Part shown: positions 1-13,585 of the stretch, piece by piece | How positions within the stretch are numbered: position 1 is the stretch's first letter | Layout of the letters: the number at the start of each line of letters is the position of its first letter | Assembly (NCBI GenBank): GCA_051294375.1 | Contig: CM119266.1 | Span: 22,139,875 to 22,203,874, forward strand | From: Paraspadella gotoi | Taxonomy: Eukaryota; Animalia; Chaetognatha | Reading direction: 5' to 3' | DNA length: 64,000 nt | Translations under genes and position numbers: made by a program | Notes under the pieces: generated by a model | Told to the model about the DNA's origin: nothing | Seen by the model: the letters and a program-made list of their open reading frames with translations, nothing else | The model's database searches: none

Positions 1-321
1 TTAAGTATTAATGGTTACTATAAATTTTGATTTAGAGTATTCTAAACTAGTATTTTGAAATTGAACGTACAAATCTTTTAGAGAATCTCAGAATTTAAAT
101 TTACGAAAAGTTGACATTTGAGTTCGTTTAACTCTGAAAGATGACCCCAGCTGTCGGCCTCACGCCTCAACTTAAATTCGTGTCCGTGTTTGAAATATAT
201 ATTTCCTGCACACGAGGTTTTGAGTTTCGCTCAAACAAACGCGAGAAAGAAACGTGTTCGAAACAAGCATAGTGCTTGTAAAAAAGCGTAATCTTTAATT
301 TAAGACGCAACTAATACACAT

Positions 322-402
322 AAGCCTGTCCAACGTCAGTGGCAAGATAGCTTATTTATTAAATTAACGGATAATTTTTATATTGATCGTACCCATTTCA
401 TA
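322..402 (-). repeat. Short dispersed repeat family A, partial inverted copy (degraded duplicate at ~6402-6475)
   Basis: aagcctgtccaacgtcagtggcaagatagcttatttatt..atttcata is the reverse complement of the 5' half of 58611-58756. Confidence 0.8.
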
Positions 403-2300
403 CGTATATTATCCGCAAAAGCCAAAACTGTCAACTCTAGCGGGGAAAATATTCCCTCGCAAGAATTTTCTTCATATCCGATTAACTCATTCGCTTCTAA
501 AGGCGGTCCTACTCCCTCTTATTTCTCACAACAAAAAAAAATTATTTCAGGTTCCATTTTTTTTTCCTTTTTCTCGCGCAGAGGCTAAAAGGATCCGCTC
601 AGCGCGGGAGCCAATTTCGAGCGACCGAATTTTCTCAGAGTTCAAAGGAAAGGGCCACTCCGAGCGACGAGCGTGGGGTTGGGTGGATGGAGGAGGTTGG
701 CAGCAGGTAGGAACAAAAGATCAGAAGTTGGGGTGGCCAGGGGGCGCTCTGTGTTTGAAAGGGGTATGGTTAGAGCGAGAGAGATGTAGCGATGTTCGTT
801 TTTTCAACCCGCATCCTTTCTGAACAGTCCGATGCAAACCCTTTTCTATTATTTGACACATGACGCAACAAAATTTCAACTTTAATGTCGTCGTCGTTGT
901 TGCCCTTTTTTACCCAGAGAGACTCGCTTTGAGTGGACTCCACTCGGTTGTTTGTTTTTTTTCCCCTTAATCAGCCTAAAAATAAGTAAAAAAAAGTTTG
1001 CTGCGGTTGGGTCGAGGCAAGCAGAGGCAAGCAATATGGAGCCCGCTGAAGGTCAAAACCAGAAAAAAAGCTTTTTTAGCGAGAAGTGAGAGGGCTCGTC
1101 ACCGAGAGAGGTTTTGGGGTCAATGGAAAAAAATAGAAAAAAAGTGGAGAGATTCAAATCCTAATGTTCGGGTTAAAAAGGTCGTTGCTATAGTGAGGTT
1201 CTCTACTCGACAAAGCGAGTGGCGGAAGGTACAAAGTAAATAGGGCGGGCGGAGACGACAAATAGGGACGAAAACGGAAAAGGAAAGTGAAGGCAAGTGA
1301 AGTAAAGGTGAGGAAATTAAAGGGTGAGTTTCGGTGAGATTAGCAAGTAAAGAAATGAGAAGAGGGACCGAAGACGAGCGAAGAGAATTGACTTTTCCTA
1401 ATTCCCACGAGGTTCTGATTACAGACGACGTGGTTTGGGCGTCTGTCGTTGCGCGCGCGTGAGAAAAGCGTGCGAAACGGGCGAGCGAAAGAAAGACGCG
1501 TGCGAATTGCGCGCGCGAACGAGAAATAAAGACTTTGCCTGTAAGATGAGCGCTCGAAAGAAAGGCGCATGCATTGCATGCGTATAACGCGAATCTCGAG
1601 AAAAAGACAATCCTAAAATAGGGCGAGGAACTGATTTTGGCAAAAATAACTCGATCCATCTTCGCGTGAGACCAGAATCTGTTTACTGGATGTCAGGCAC
1701 CCGTCTTAAGGCGCCAGGCGTCGCTTCGGCGCCTGCTTAGAATTAAACGAGGCGTCTATCTCAAGGATTTTCGTGGTTCGTTAAGACGGACACCGAAAAG
1801 AGGAAATCGCGCGACTCTAATTAAAAAAAGGTGGAAGTCGGATGACTTATGATTCGACAGGTGCAAGAATCTCACGAGTCACCTCTGCACCTAATCAAAA
1901 CAGGTGCCGCGTCTCGCGCCACTTTCACCGGAAACCAGCGTTTCCCATTCGCTTCTATAGATTGGACGCTCCTTGTCTCGGGATTAAAAGGTCAGATGGA
2001 TTTTGAGTTGTGGCTGATACGACAAAAGACGATAAGCGTATTAGACATTAGACATTAGACATAGACAATACATATTATCCATTACTTTCTTTCCGTGTTT
2101 GTTTGGTACTTTATTTTGAGATCAATCTAATATTTTAAAATTAAATTTAAATCCAAGCTGATTTTTGGAATTAAAATCCCAATTAAAACTCGTTTAATAA
2201 TCTTGATTAATAATTGTCTATTTTTTTTTATTTCTGGAAAATAAACCGTCGAGCCAAGATCTCCTCTCTGGATTTCGAATGTCCTTCGACTTATGAATGC

Positions 2301-2395
<95 letters not shown>

Positions 2396-2689
2396 GGCAA
2401 AGAGGGTTTTTTTTCTCTCTTATCTTCCAATTCTAATTTCTTTCGCTTTCCATTTTTTTTCTTTTTTTTTGTAAAAATTTTTTTATTTTCTCTTTTCTGT
2501 CAGTTTTGTCGTTTCCTCTCTTTTTCCCTCCTATTATCCCCTCCTGTCATCCGCGGTGTTCTGCTTGAGTTCTAAGCTTTTTGCGTCGCGAAAATCTTTT
2601 TTTTTTTACTCCCATTTTTTTTTCATTTTGCATTTCAATTTCATTTTAAATTGCGGCTTGATGGCGATTTAAAATCTCTTCTCTCTCTC

Positions 2690-2844
2690 NNNNNNNNNNN
2701 NNNNNNNNNNNNNNNNNNNNNNNNNNNNNNNNNNNNNNNNNNNNNNNNNNNNNNNNNNNNNNNNNNNNNNNNNNNNNNNNNNNNNNNNNNNNNNNNNNNN
2801 NNNNNNNNNNNNNNNNNNNNNNNNNNNNNNNNNNNNNNNNNNNN
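2690..2844. other. Assembly gap (N run) within a (CT)n tract
   Basis: Run of n flanked by tctc repeats. Confidence 1.
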
Positions 2845-4062
2845 TCTCGTCACGTCGTTCATGCCTGGAAATCAAGGTGAAGGAGAGAAGTAACGGGCAA
2901 AGAGGTGACAAAACTTGGAAACAAAAAGGAAGGAGAAGCGCGCGGCGGAAATAGGAGAAAAAAAAATGAAGGAGTCCGCGTCACGGATGGACGATGGAGG
3001 AAAGGGAGGAAAAGAAGAAAAAAGGAGGAAAGGAAAAAGAGAATGAAAAAATGAAAACAGAGTGGGTGGTATGAGAAAAAAGAAGAAGAGTAGAAGCAAA
3101 AGGAAGAAGGAAACCGAAAATATAGAAGAGATGGAGCCTTATATACATATATTCACTCGAAAGAAAAAGAGAGAACGAGGATGAGCAGGACGCAAGGGCA
3201 GAAAAAAGAGAGCAAGAGAGAGAGGGAGAGATGAGGACGCAGAGACTGAGAGAGGAGAGGAGACGAGTGAGAGAGAGAGGAGAGATGAGGAGAGACGGAG
3301 AGATCTGAGGAGAGGAAGGAGAAGAGAAAGTGGAAAGAGAGAAACTGATATTAAAATAAGAAGCAATCAAGGGCAGAAAATAAAAATAAAGAGGAAAAGG
3401 AGCTAAAACGAGTAAAAGGAAAGAATAGAGAAGACGACGACGAAAACCGACGAAGAGGAAGAAATTATCAAAGGCGCCTCCGGCTTTGGCCACAGACATC
3501 GACCCACTCAGTCTTTTAATTCACTTCCCCTCCGTTTGACTCTCACCCTCACCCGCCGAATGATCTCCCTCGGATGAGAACGCCCCCTCTCAGTCTCACG
3601 TCTCAACCGTTTCAATGGAGAGTAATCTCCGAACTCGAAAACGAGATCGGGGGACGGAGAAAAAAAGGACGACAATAAAAATCCGGAGAGAGAGACGACG
3701 GACGAGAGAGAGAGAGAGAGAGAGAGAGTGAAAGAAGAAAGAGAGAGTTAGTAAAATACATAGCTACATTAAGATCGAAAAAGGCGACAATCGAACCAAA
3801 ACAAAAGACAAATAGACAAAAAGACACCGAGATAGAGTGTTCTAGAAAAAGAATAAAAACGCACTAAAAATCGACATCAAGAGAGAAAATGGGACGAAAA
3901 AAAAAGAATAAAAGATTGAGTTGTAAAGAAATAAAACAATAAAAAAGGAAAAAAAAGAGAAGAGTGCAAGGAGGGGAAATCGATGAATAAAATACACTGG
4001 GGACGGAAGGGGACGGCCGATTGCCGGATAAAACTGTGAGGGGGAATGAAAGAGAAACAAGA

Positions 4063-4396
4063 ACGGAAATTCAAATGTTGTGTTGCGCCGAAGTGACTTT
4101 GTTATCCCGTGTATTTCCGTGTATTTTCGACACGTATTGCATCGGAATAACGTCTTTTATTTTTTATGGTTAAATGAGAACTCTTTAAAAAAACAAAAAG
4201 CGGCGGTAGTACTAGTAGTTGCTTAGATTTGAGGTTTTTCCCTGTCGTGACAAATGAGCAACTGACTATAGGCGAGCATCTTTAACGTAAGTGAGACAGA
4301 CCGACGGACAGACATACCGATCGACCGACCAACAGACCGACCGAAAAGTGACTTATCGAGTTGCTTCGCGATTACTCGCGGCGCAACTAAAAAAAG
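4063..4396 (-). mobile_element. DINE-1/HINE-like non-autonomous element, family B (duplicate at 10404-10742)
   Basis: Left tgttgcgccg and right cgcggcgcaactaaaaa form subterminal inverted repeats. Internal (GACC/GACA/GACG)n tract and aaaagtgacttat motif are shared with 12281 and 18216. Confidence 0.7.
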
Positions 4397-5965
4397 GGGG
4401 AAACCGCAATGCGGGGGGGGGGGTCGAAGGAAGTGGAAGAGGGATGTGGGTGGTAGGGGTAGGGGTAGGTGGAAGGAGGATTAAGCGAGGAGGAAAGTTG
4501 TAAAGTAGCAAAAAAGAAAAAAAAAAAAAGAAGAAAAAATCTGACATAATGGAATCTTGGGCGGAAACGCGAGTTGGAGAGAAAATTGAAAATAGGAGTA
4601 AAACGATAAAACATGCGACGAAACACGAGGGAAAAAATTGGATGAAACGACCAAACAAAACACAAAAAAAGCTTTGATAAAACGGAGAAACATACATCAT
4701 GAGGAGATTACCAAGTTAACGCGTGTCCTGTCGCGTCCCACCGTGTCTCATACTCGGGTGTCATCTCTCAACCAGAAACCAACGCGACGAAATACGAATA
4801 GCGGCGAAAGTGAACAAGCAGCGTTTGTGCCACAAAATTTATATCCGAGAATTTTATTCGGGGGTTAAATTCAATTGTTCCGAAGAATTCGTAACGCGTT
4901 GTTTTATCGGCCAGAATAACAAGGAGACGAATCCCCGATGTTTTTTTTTTAATATCGCTGAGATAACGCGAGCGACGCGGGGAAACAAACAAATAAATCG
5001 TCGTTTACGCTTTTATTTATTTTAATCTAATGCGCAAACGCAAAACGTAAGTTCTCAAAGGCTAATATCGGTCGGGAGGGTTGGGATCGCTAGGCGCGAA
5101 ACACAGGTGACTGCTCTTCCCTTGTTTGCTATTTCCAGGAGCCCAACTTCCAGACACTGTACTATACACATCATGGTGAGCCAAGAACGAGCCTTTACTA
5201 TAATGCCACCCCTATTACCGAGGAACTAACCACCGCCATACCTCCTTCCTACGCCAGAGCGGCCAATTTTCCATCGACAATCCACCATCTCTTCCCCCCC
5301 CAAAATCCGCGTTGCGAGAATCTGATCCCCTTTCGTCTTCTCCCATGAACAATTACGCAGACGGCGTCACGCGGCGTCTCTGCCATCTTGCGTCTCCGCC
5401 TTCTTAGTCCCGTCGTTCTTATCAAGGCCGCCCGTTTTGCTTATATCGTTCCGTGGGAGTGGCCGCCCTGTCGGCCGCCTGTCCCCCGCTTGTTCGGCCG
5501 CTTGGTCGGCTGACGACGTAATTGGCATACTGTTGCAAACTTGCCGACTTGACCACGATCCCGCTGTCCGCTCACAACCAAGGTCGTTGGTAGATTGCTT
5601 TTTTTCCCCCTTTTCCTTTTTTTTTGAACCCGGGAAAAAAAAGAAAACCTCCCCCACCGACTACCCTCATTCAGCGGTTTACTCCTTAGGCCACAATTGC
5701 TCGTCTTTTTACCGCCACTAGCTCCACCATCGTTGATTTCCACTTTGCAACTCAGCGCATTGCCGTCAACGGCTATTGGTCCACCACCCTGGGGCGTTTA
5801 CTTATGGATACTGACTGAATGCGCCAAACAAATCTTTTCCGCCAACCACGATTTTTCTCTGATTTTACTTATCCTGTTCTCCCATCACCTTTCGAGGGTT
5901 TGCAAGAAGTTACCTTATGAGTGTTAAATATTAAAAATATGTTGTAGTTAAAGGCGTAAAACGTT

Positions 5966-6885
5966 TTAAGTATTAACGTTGACATAAATTTTGATTGTAG
6001 AGTATTCCTAAACTAGTATTTAATACATATTTGTATTATGTATAATACAAAATTTTAATATTCATAGTTAGAAATTGTAAAAAAAAATTAGTTTTTTTAA
6101 TAGATTGATCGTTTGATAATTGTAAAACGAAATTGAACGTACAAAATTGATTTAGAATCTCAGAATTTAAATTAGAGAAAAAGTTGACATTTGAGTTCGT
6201 TTAACTCTGAAAGATGACCCCAACTGTTCGGCCTCACGCCCTAACTTAAATTCGTGTCCGTGTTTTGAGATATAATATTTCGCTGCACACTGAGGTTTTT
6301 CAGTTTCCTCAACAAACGCGTAGAAAGAAACGTGTTCGAGGAACAAGCATGAGTTGCTGTAGAAGCGCAATATTTTTTTAAGGACAGCACTAATGGACAC
6401 ATTAAGCCTGGCAGATTAAGCTTGATTATAGTTAAATTATGGATAATTATTATGTATGATCGTACCAATTTCATACGTACTAATTATCGAAAAAAGCCAA
6501 AACTGTCAACTCTAGCGGGAGAATATTCCCTCGCAAGAATTTTCTTCATATCCGATTAACTCATTCGCTTCAAAAGGCGGTCCTACTCCCCTCTTATTTC
6601 TCACAAACAAAAAAAAATTATTGTCAGTTTCCATTTTTTTTCCTTTTTCTGTCGCAGAGGCTAAAAGGATCCGCTGCAGCGCGGGAGCATTTCGAGCGAC
6701 GCGAGATTTTCTGCAGAGTTCACAATAGGAAAGAGCCACTCCGAGCGAACGGCAGCGTGGGGGTTGGGTGGATGGTAGGAGGGTTGGCCGAGCGAGGTAG
6801 GGAAAAAGGAATCAGGAAGTTGGGTGGCCAGGGGCGCTCTGTGTTTGAAAAGGGGTGATGGTAAGCGAGAGAGAGAGGAAGAGAG

Positions 6886-6948
<63 letters not shown>

Positions 6949-9043
6949 AGAGAGAGAAGAGAGAGAGAGAGAGGTGGTGGGATTGTTCCCGAACCCACGG
7001 AATTGGGGATAAAACGAGAGGAGGAGCAAGAGAGCAACGAAAAAATCGTAAGGGTGAATTAGAAAATTATTTATTCAGATTGTAGCAGATGCATCGATGA
7101 TAGCGCATGTTCGTTTTTCAACCCGCATCCTTTCTGAACAGCTCCGTGCAAACCTCTTTTCTATTATTTGACACATTATGAAGCAACAACCACATTTTCA
7201 ACTTTAATGTCGTCGTCGTTGTTGCCGGCTTTTTTACCAGGAGAGACTCAGCTTTGAGGGACTGCCGACTCGTTTTTGGTTTTTTTTTCCCTTAATCAGC
7301 CCTAAAAATAAGTTAAAAAAAAAGTCTTGCTGCGGTTGGGGTCGAGGCCAATGCAGAGGCTAAGCAATATGGGCCCGCTGGAAGGTCAAGTAACCAGAAA
7401 AAATCTTTTTTAGCGAGAAGTGATGAGGGCTCGTCACGCCGAGAGAGGTTTTTGGGGTCAATGGAAAAAAAATAGAAAAAAAGTGGAGAGATTCAAATCC
7501 TATATGTTGCGGGTTAAAAGGTCGTTGTATAGTGAGGTTTCTCTACTCGACAAGCGAGTGGCGAAGGTACAAAGTAAATAGGCGGGCGGAGACGACAAAA
7601 TAGTGGACGAAAACGGAAAAGGAAAGTGAAGGCAAAGTGAATTGTAAAGGTGAGAAATTAAAGGTGAGTTTCGGTGAGATTAGCAAGTAAAGAAAGAGAA
7701 GAGGGACCGAAGACGAGCGAAGAGAATTGACTTTTCCTAATTCCACGAGGTTCTGATTACACCGAACGACGTGGTTTGGGCGTCTGTCGTGCGCGCGCGT
7801 TGAGGAAAGCGTGGCGAAACGGCAAGCGAAAGAAAGACGCGTGCGAATTGGCGCGCGCGAAAACGAGAAATAAAGACTGTTGCCTGTAAGAATGAGCGCT
7901 CGAAAAGAAAAGGCGCATGCAATTGCATGCGTTATAACGCGAAATCTCGAGAAAAAGACAATCCTAAAATAGGGCGAGGAATTGTTTTGGCAAAAAATTA
8001 ACTCGATTCCATCTTCGGCGTGCAGAGCCAGAATTCTGTTTACTGGATGTCAGGGCACCGTCTAAGGCGCCCCAGGCGTCGCTTCGGCGCCTGCTTGAAT
8101 TAAACGAGGCGTCTATCTCAAAGATTTTAAGTGGTTCGTTAAGAACGGACACCGAAAGAGGAAATCGCGCGAACTACTAATTAAAAAAGGTGGAAGTCGG
8201 AATGACTTATGATTCGACAGGTGCAAGAATCCAACGAGTCACCTCTCACCTAAATCAAAACAGGTGCGCGCGTCTCGCGCCACTTTCACCGGAAACCCAC
8301 AACGTTCCCATTCGCTCTATAGATTGGCGCCCTTGTCTCGGGATTAAAAGGTCAGTATGGTTTAGTTGTGGCTGATACGACAAAAGACGATAAGCGTATT
8401 AGACATTAGAACCATTAGACATAGACAATACATATTTCCAATTACTTTCTTTCCGTGTTTGTTTGGTACTTTATTTTGGAGATCAATCTAATATTTTAAA
8501 TTAAAATTTAAATCTAAAGGCTGATTTTTGGAATTAAAATCCAATTAAAACTCGTTTAATAATTCTTGATTAATAAATTGTCCTATTTTTTTATTCTTGG
8601 AAAATAAACCGTCGAGCCAAGATCTTCCTCTCTGAATTTCGAATGTCCTTTCTAACTTAATGCCTCTCTTCTTCCTCTCTCTCTATCGTCTCTCTTCTCT
8701 CATCTGCTCTCTCTCTCTCTCTCTCTCTCGGCAAGAGGGTTTTTTTCTCTCTCCTTATCTTCCCAATTCTAATTCTTTTCGCTTTCCATTTTTTTTTCTT
8801 TTTTTTTGTAAAAAATTTTTTTTATTATTTTCTTCTTTCTCTCAGTTTTGCTCGTTTACTACTCTTTTCCCTCCTATTATCCCCTCCTGTCATCCGCGGT
8901 TTCTAGCTTGAGTTCTAAACTTTTGCGTCGCCGGAAAATCTTTTTTTTTTTTCTCCATTTTTTTTCATTTTGCATTTCAATTTCATTTAAATTGCGGCTG
9001 TTGATGGCGATTTAAAATGTCCTCTTCTCTCTTCTCTCGTTCG

Positions 9044-9087
<44 letters not shown>

Positions 9088-9514
9088 ATCTCTCTCTCTC
9101 TCTCATCTCCTCGTCCTCTCTCCCTCGCTCTCGCCAACGTCGTTCATGGCCTGGAAATCGAAGGTGAAGTGGAGAGAAGTAACGGGTCAAGAGAGTGACG
9201 AAAAACTATGGAAACAAAAAGGAATAGGAGAAGCGCGCGGCGGAAATAGGAACGAAGAAAGAAAATGAAGGATGTCTCGCGTGCACGGGATGGGGACGTA
9301 TGGAGGAAAAGGGAGGAAAATGAGAAAAAAGGAGGAAAAGGAAAAGAGAATGAAAAATGAAAACAGAGTGGGTGGTAATGAGAAAAAGAAAGAAAGAGTA
9401 TGAAAGCAAGGAAGAGAAAACCGAAAAATATAGAAAGAAGATGAGCCTGATATAACATTATTCACGGGAAAAGAAAAGGAGGAGAAAGAAGAGAGAGAGA
9501 GAGAGAGAGAGAGA

Positions 9515-9545
<31 letters not shown>

Positions 9546-9978
9546 AGAAAGAAGAGAGAGAGAGAGTGAGAGAGAGAGAGAGAGAGAGAAGAGGAGAGAT
9601 GAGAGAAAGAGAGAGAGAGTGAAAGAGAGATAACTGATATAAGAATAAGAAGCACAAGCAGAAAATAAAATAAAGAGGAAAAAGGAGCAAAACGAGTTAA
9701 AAGGAAAGAAAGAGAAGGACGACGAACGAAACCGACGAAGAGGAAGAAATTATCAAAGGCGCCTCCGGCTTTGGCACACAGACATCACCCACTCAGTCTT
9801 TATAATTCAACTTCCCTCGTTGTGATCTTCACACCTCACACCGCACGAATGAGTCTCCCTCGATGAGAACGCCCCCTCCTCCAGTCTGCACGTCTCAACC
9901 GTTTCATGGAGAGTAATCTCCGAACTCGAAAACGAGATCGTGGGGACCGGAGAAAAAGAGACGGACAAGTAAAAATAC

Positions 9979-10024
<46 letters not shown>

Positions 10025-11049
10025 GAGGAGAGAGAGAGGAGAGGAAGAAGAAAGAGTAGAAAGAGAAAGAGCAGGTTAGTAAACTACATAGCTACATTAA
10101 GATCGAAAAAGGCGACAATCGCAACCAAAACAAAAGACAAATAGACAAAAAGACACCCGAGATAGGAGCGTGGTTCTAGAAAAAAGGAATAAAACGCACT
10201 AAAAAATCGACATCAAGAGAGAAAAATGGACGAAAAAAAAAAAGATAAAAGATTGAGTTGTAAAGAAATAAAACAATAAAAAAAGAAAAAAAAAGAGAAA
10301 GAGTGCAAGGAGGGGAAAATCGATGAAATAAAATACACTGGGGACGGAAGGGGACGGCCGATTGCCGGATAAAACTGTGAGGGGAATATGAAAGAGAAAC
10401 AAGAACGGAAATTCAAATGTTGTGGTTGCGCCGAAGTGACTTTGTTATCCCGTGTATTTCCGTGTATTTTCGACACGTATTGCATCGGAATAACGTCTTT
10501 TATTTTTTATGGTTAAATGAGAACTCTTTAAAAAAACAAAAAGCGGCGGTAGTACTAGTAGTTGCTTAGATTTGAGGTTTTTTCCCTGTCGTGACAAATG
10601 AGCAACTGACTATAGGAGAGCATCTTTAACGTAAGTGAGACAGACCGACGGACAGACATACCGATCGACGCGACCAACAGACCGACCGAAAAGTGACTTA
10701 TCGAGTTGCTTCGCGATTACATCGCGGCGCAACTAAAAAAAAGGGGGAAACCGCAATGCCGGGGGGGGGGCGGGTCGAAGGAAGTGGAAGAGGGATTGTG
10801 GTGGTAGGGGTAGGGGTAGGTGGAAGGAGGATTAAGCGAGGAGGAAAGTTGTAAAGTAGCAAAAAAGAAAAAGAAAAAAAAGAAGAAAAATCTGAACATA
10901 ATGGAATCTTGGGCGAAACGCGAGTTGGAGAGAAAATTGAAAATAGGAGTAAAACGATAAAAACATGCGACGAAACACGAAGGGAAAAAATTGATGAAAC
11001 GACAAACAAAACACAAAAAAAGCTTTGATAAAAACGGAGAAACATACAT
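5966..11049 (+). repeat. Copy 2 of the ~5 kb direct duplication, rich in 1-bp indels
   Basis: Differs from copy 1 mostly by scattered single-base indels. Fills copy 1's N-gap with (CT)n and ends ~60 bp before a 25-N gap. Confidence 0.95.
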
Positions 11050-11109
11050 TGAACTTACCAAAAATAGGTAATTGCCTTTCGTCTAAAGACGAACATACCT
11101 CACATGGAA

Positions 11110-11134
11110 NNNNNNNNNNNNNNNNNNNNNNNNN
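11110..11134. other. Assembly gap (25 N)
   Basis: Run of 25 n. Confidence 1.
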
Positions 11135-12280
11135 AAAGGAAACAACGATAACTGATTTGGCAGATGAGGTTTTGAACGAGTGACTTTTTTGTACTACTTG
11201 CTTTAGTAAAATGTACAATTAAAAGAAACGAGGATGAGAAACGGAGATTTGGAGTTTAAAAAATGTACTTGTATAAATTAATGATGAAGGTCAGAAACTA
11301 AGACTGAAACATGTCTAATTTTTTCATTAAAAATTTCGTTGTGAATACAGAAAAAAATTATTCATATCTCATAAATTAAGTAAAAAAAAAAAAAAAATGT
11401 TGTACATTTCTACAAATCTTTCATCTTCAACCCAAAAGAAAATAGTAGAAAAGGAAAAATTCAATATCTTCCTTTGTTTCGGTTTCATTTTGAACTTTGA
11501 CACCGACGAGCCGATATTGGGGCGCCCCTCCCCTGCCCGGTGTGCCACTGGCTCAAACCGCCGGCGTGCCCGACTCTCCCGTGCCCGTCGCTCGAACCGT
11601 CGGCTCAAGACTTTCTCTTCCCCGTCCCGCGGATCCCGTCGTCCCGTCCTGTTTTGAGCCGAGAGAGATCAAAATAAATCCTTTTTTTTTTCAGTCGGGT
11701 GAATATTTGGAGTTAAGGATTGTTGCAGGGGATGTTTTCCATTCTTTATAGTCTGGATACTACATTATTAATAAAAAACGTATAAAATCCGACAAAGATT
11801 AACAAGCGATTGTGACTCGAAACGTCATCAAATGAAGTCGCGATGGCGAAAAAAAAAAATGACAAGTCAGAAATCTAAGATGAATGGAAACTGGAGAGCG
11901 AGGAAGAAAGAAGGAAAGAGAAAAAAAAAGGAAATAAAGAAATGAACAAAATAAAAAGGAATATGAGGAAAGAAAACTTTCTTCAATCTGAAGACTGACA
12001 AACATCGCGATGACTCTCGGCCGTGACTCTCGCCCTCTGGTCGAGGTCAAGCGAAAACAAAAATAAGAAACTGGGAATTCCTTGTTTTCCCCCATCAACG
12101 AAGACGAGGAGGACGAACAACAACAACGAAATCGAAAAGAAAATCCCCACGATTTTTCATGAGAAGTAAAACGGGTAGCGACTGCGGTCGACGGGCGAGG
12201 TCGTCAAGCAGAACCGGCGGAAACGGAAACGTCACCTCTCTCCATTTCTAACTTGCGGGTGAAATGCCGGTTGAACTAAA

Positions 12281-12620
12281 ACGGTAATTCCAATGTGTTG
12301 CGCCTCAGTAACTGTATTTCTCTTTGATCACATGATATGATATGACATGACATGACTAAAAAACTTTCTTTGCCCGTGAATATGAGACATGCACTACATC
12401 AAAATTCCGTGTTTTATTCCTTATAGTTTTAGGAATTCCTGAAGGCGGCGCTAGCAGTCCCTTAGATTTGAGGTTTTTTCTGTCTTAACAAATGAGCAGC
12501 CAACTTAAGGCAAATTAGTAAGTGGGTAAGACCGACGGACAGACATACCGACCGCCCGACGAACCGACAGACCGACCAAAAAGTGACGTGCTCCGCGAGT
12601 ACTCGCGGCGCAAATAAAAA
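12281..12620 (-). mobile_element. DINE-1/HINE-like element, family B
   Basis: acggtaattccaatgtgttgcgc .. (gatat/gacat)n .. aattcctgaaggcggcg .. gaccgacggacagacataccgaccg .. actcgcggcgcaaataaaaa; colinear with 18216-18565. Confidence 0.75.
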
Positions 12621-13224
12621 TGGAGAATGGAGAATGGAGAAAAAATGGGAAATTAAAATGACCCATCGCTTTAAAGAAACCTTTTATGTTTGGCGGTAAA
12701 AACCGTATATATAAGTATCATATAACCGAATTATACACTGCATGTATTGGCACGTACAAAATACCAAAATTCGGTATCGCTTTAGGAATGAAGTAAAACT
12801 TTTAAAAAAGATCAAAGCAGAGGAAAAAAAAGTCAAGTCGATGTGGTTTATCGGAAAATCGGAGAAACGGTTAAACGCAGTTGGCGACGCACGGTGACGG
12901 CTGGTTAAATATTTAAATAGACGGTTGGAGATGTTTAAGAAAAAGATGGTGACGAAAAAGTATGTCGTAATTCCAGCAAGAATATTTTTGAACCCAGTTC
13001 TTTGCTTTCATTGTTTTACATTTAATTTCAATAATTTAATGTGTGATCAAACTTTTTATTTTAATTTATATATTTGATATGATTTTCTCTCTCTCTCTCT
13101 CTCTCTCTCCAAATCTCGTCTCTCTCTCTCTCTCTCTTAAGCGCGTATGGGACGCGTCCGAAACCAATTCTGTCTCTCTCTTACGTTTTCTCTCGCCGCG
13201 CGCGAGTTGAAGCGACGCCGAGAT

Positions 13225-13276
13225 GTCACGTGACGCTCAAATCCGGTCACGTGACGAGGACGCGAACTCACGTGTC
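13225..13276. promoter_or_regulatory. Triple E-box (CACGTG) cluster with two perfect GTCACGTGAC, in a CpG-rich island
   Basis: CACGTG starts at 13227, 13248 and 13269, exactly 21 bp apart. Confidence 0.55.
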
Positions 13277-13520
13277 AAAAGAAAAAAGCGCGCGAAATTT
13301 CGGAAAGCGGATGTGCGACGCGAAACTTGAGACGAGTTGCGGTAAATAAAGTGAAAATATTTAATAATGAAAGAATTGGAAAGAAACGTTAATTATATTC
13401 ATTATATTCCCAGTTTATTTCACCAAATGAAAAAAATAACGAAAATAAAATTCGACTGTTAAAATCGATTCAAAGACCTGAAAGTTAAAAAAACAGAGAG
13501 AGAGAGAGAGAGAGAGAAGA

Positions 13521-13585
<65 letters not shown>

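Larger units (their letters stand above)
1..4698 (+). repeat. Copy 1 of a ~5 kb direct duplication (probably truncated by the window edge)
   Basis: Colinear with 5966-11049, e.g. 1 ttaagtatta..taaattttgat = 5966; 1441 gtctgtcgttgcgcgcgcg = ~7782; ends aacggagaaacatacat at 4697 = 11049. Confidence 0.95.

Noticed and set aside
2214-3500. Many LSLSLS/RERERE, poly-Y/I/L and FFLS ORFs here and throughout
   Set aside because: Translations of microsatellites and purine tracts.
5100-5930. GC-rich stretch resembling a coding or retroelement fragment
   Set aside because: No sustained frame or recognisable motif; lies in the low-quality duplicated region.
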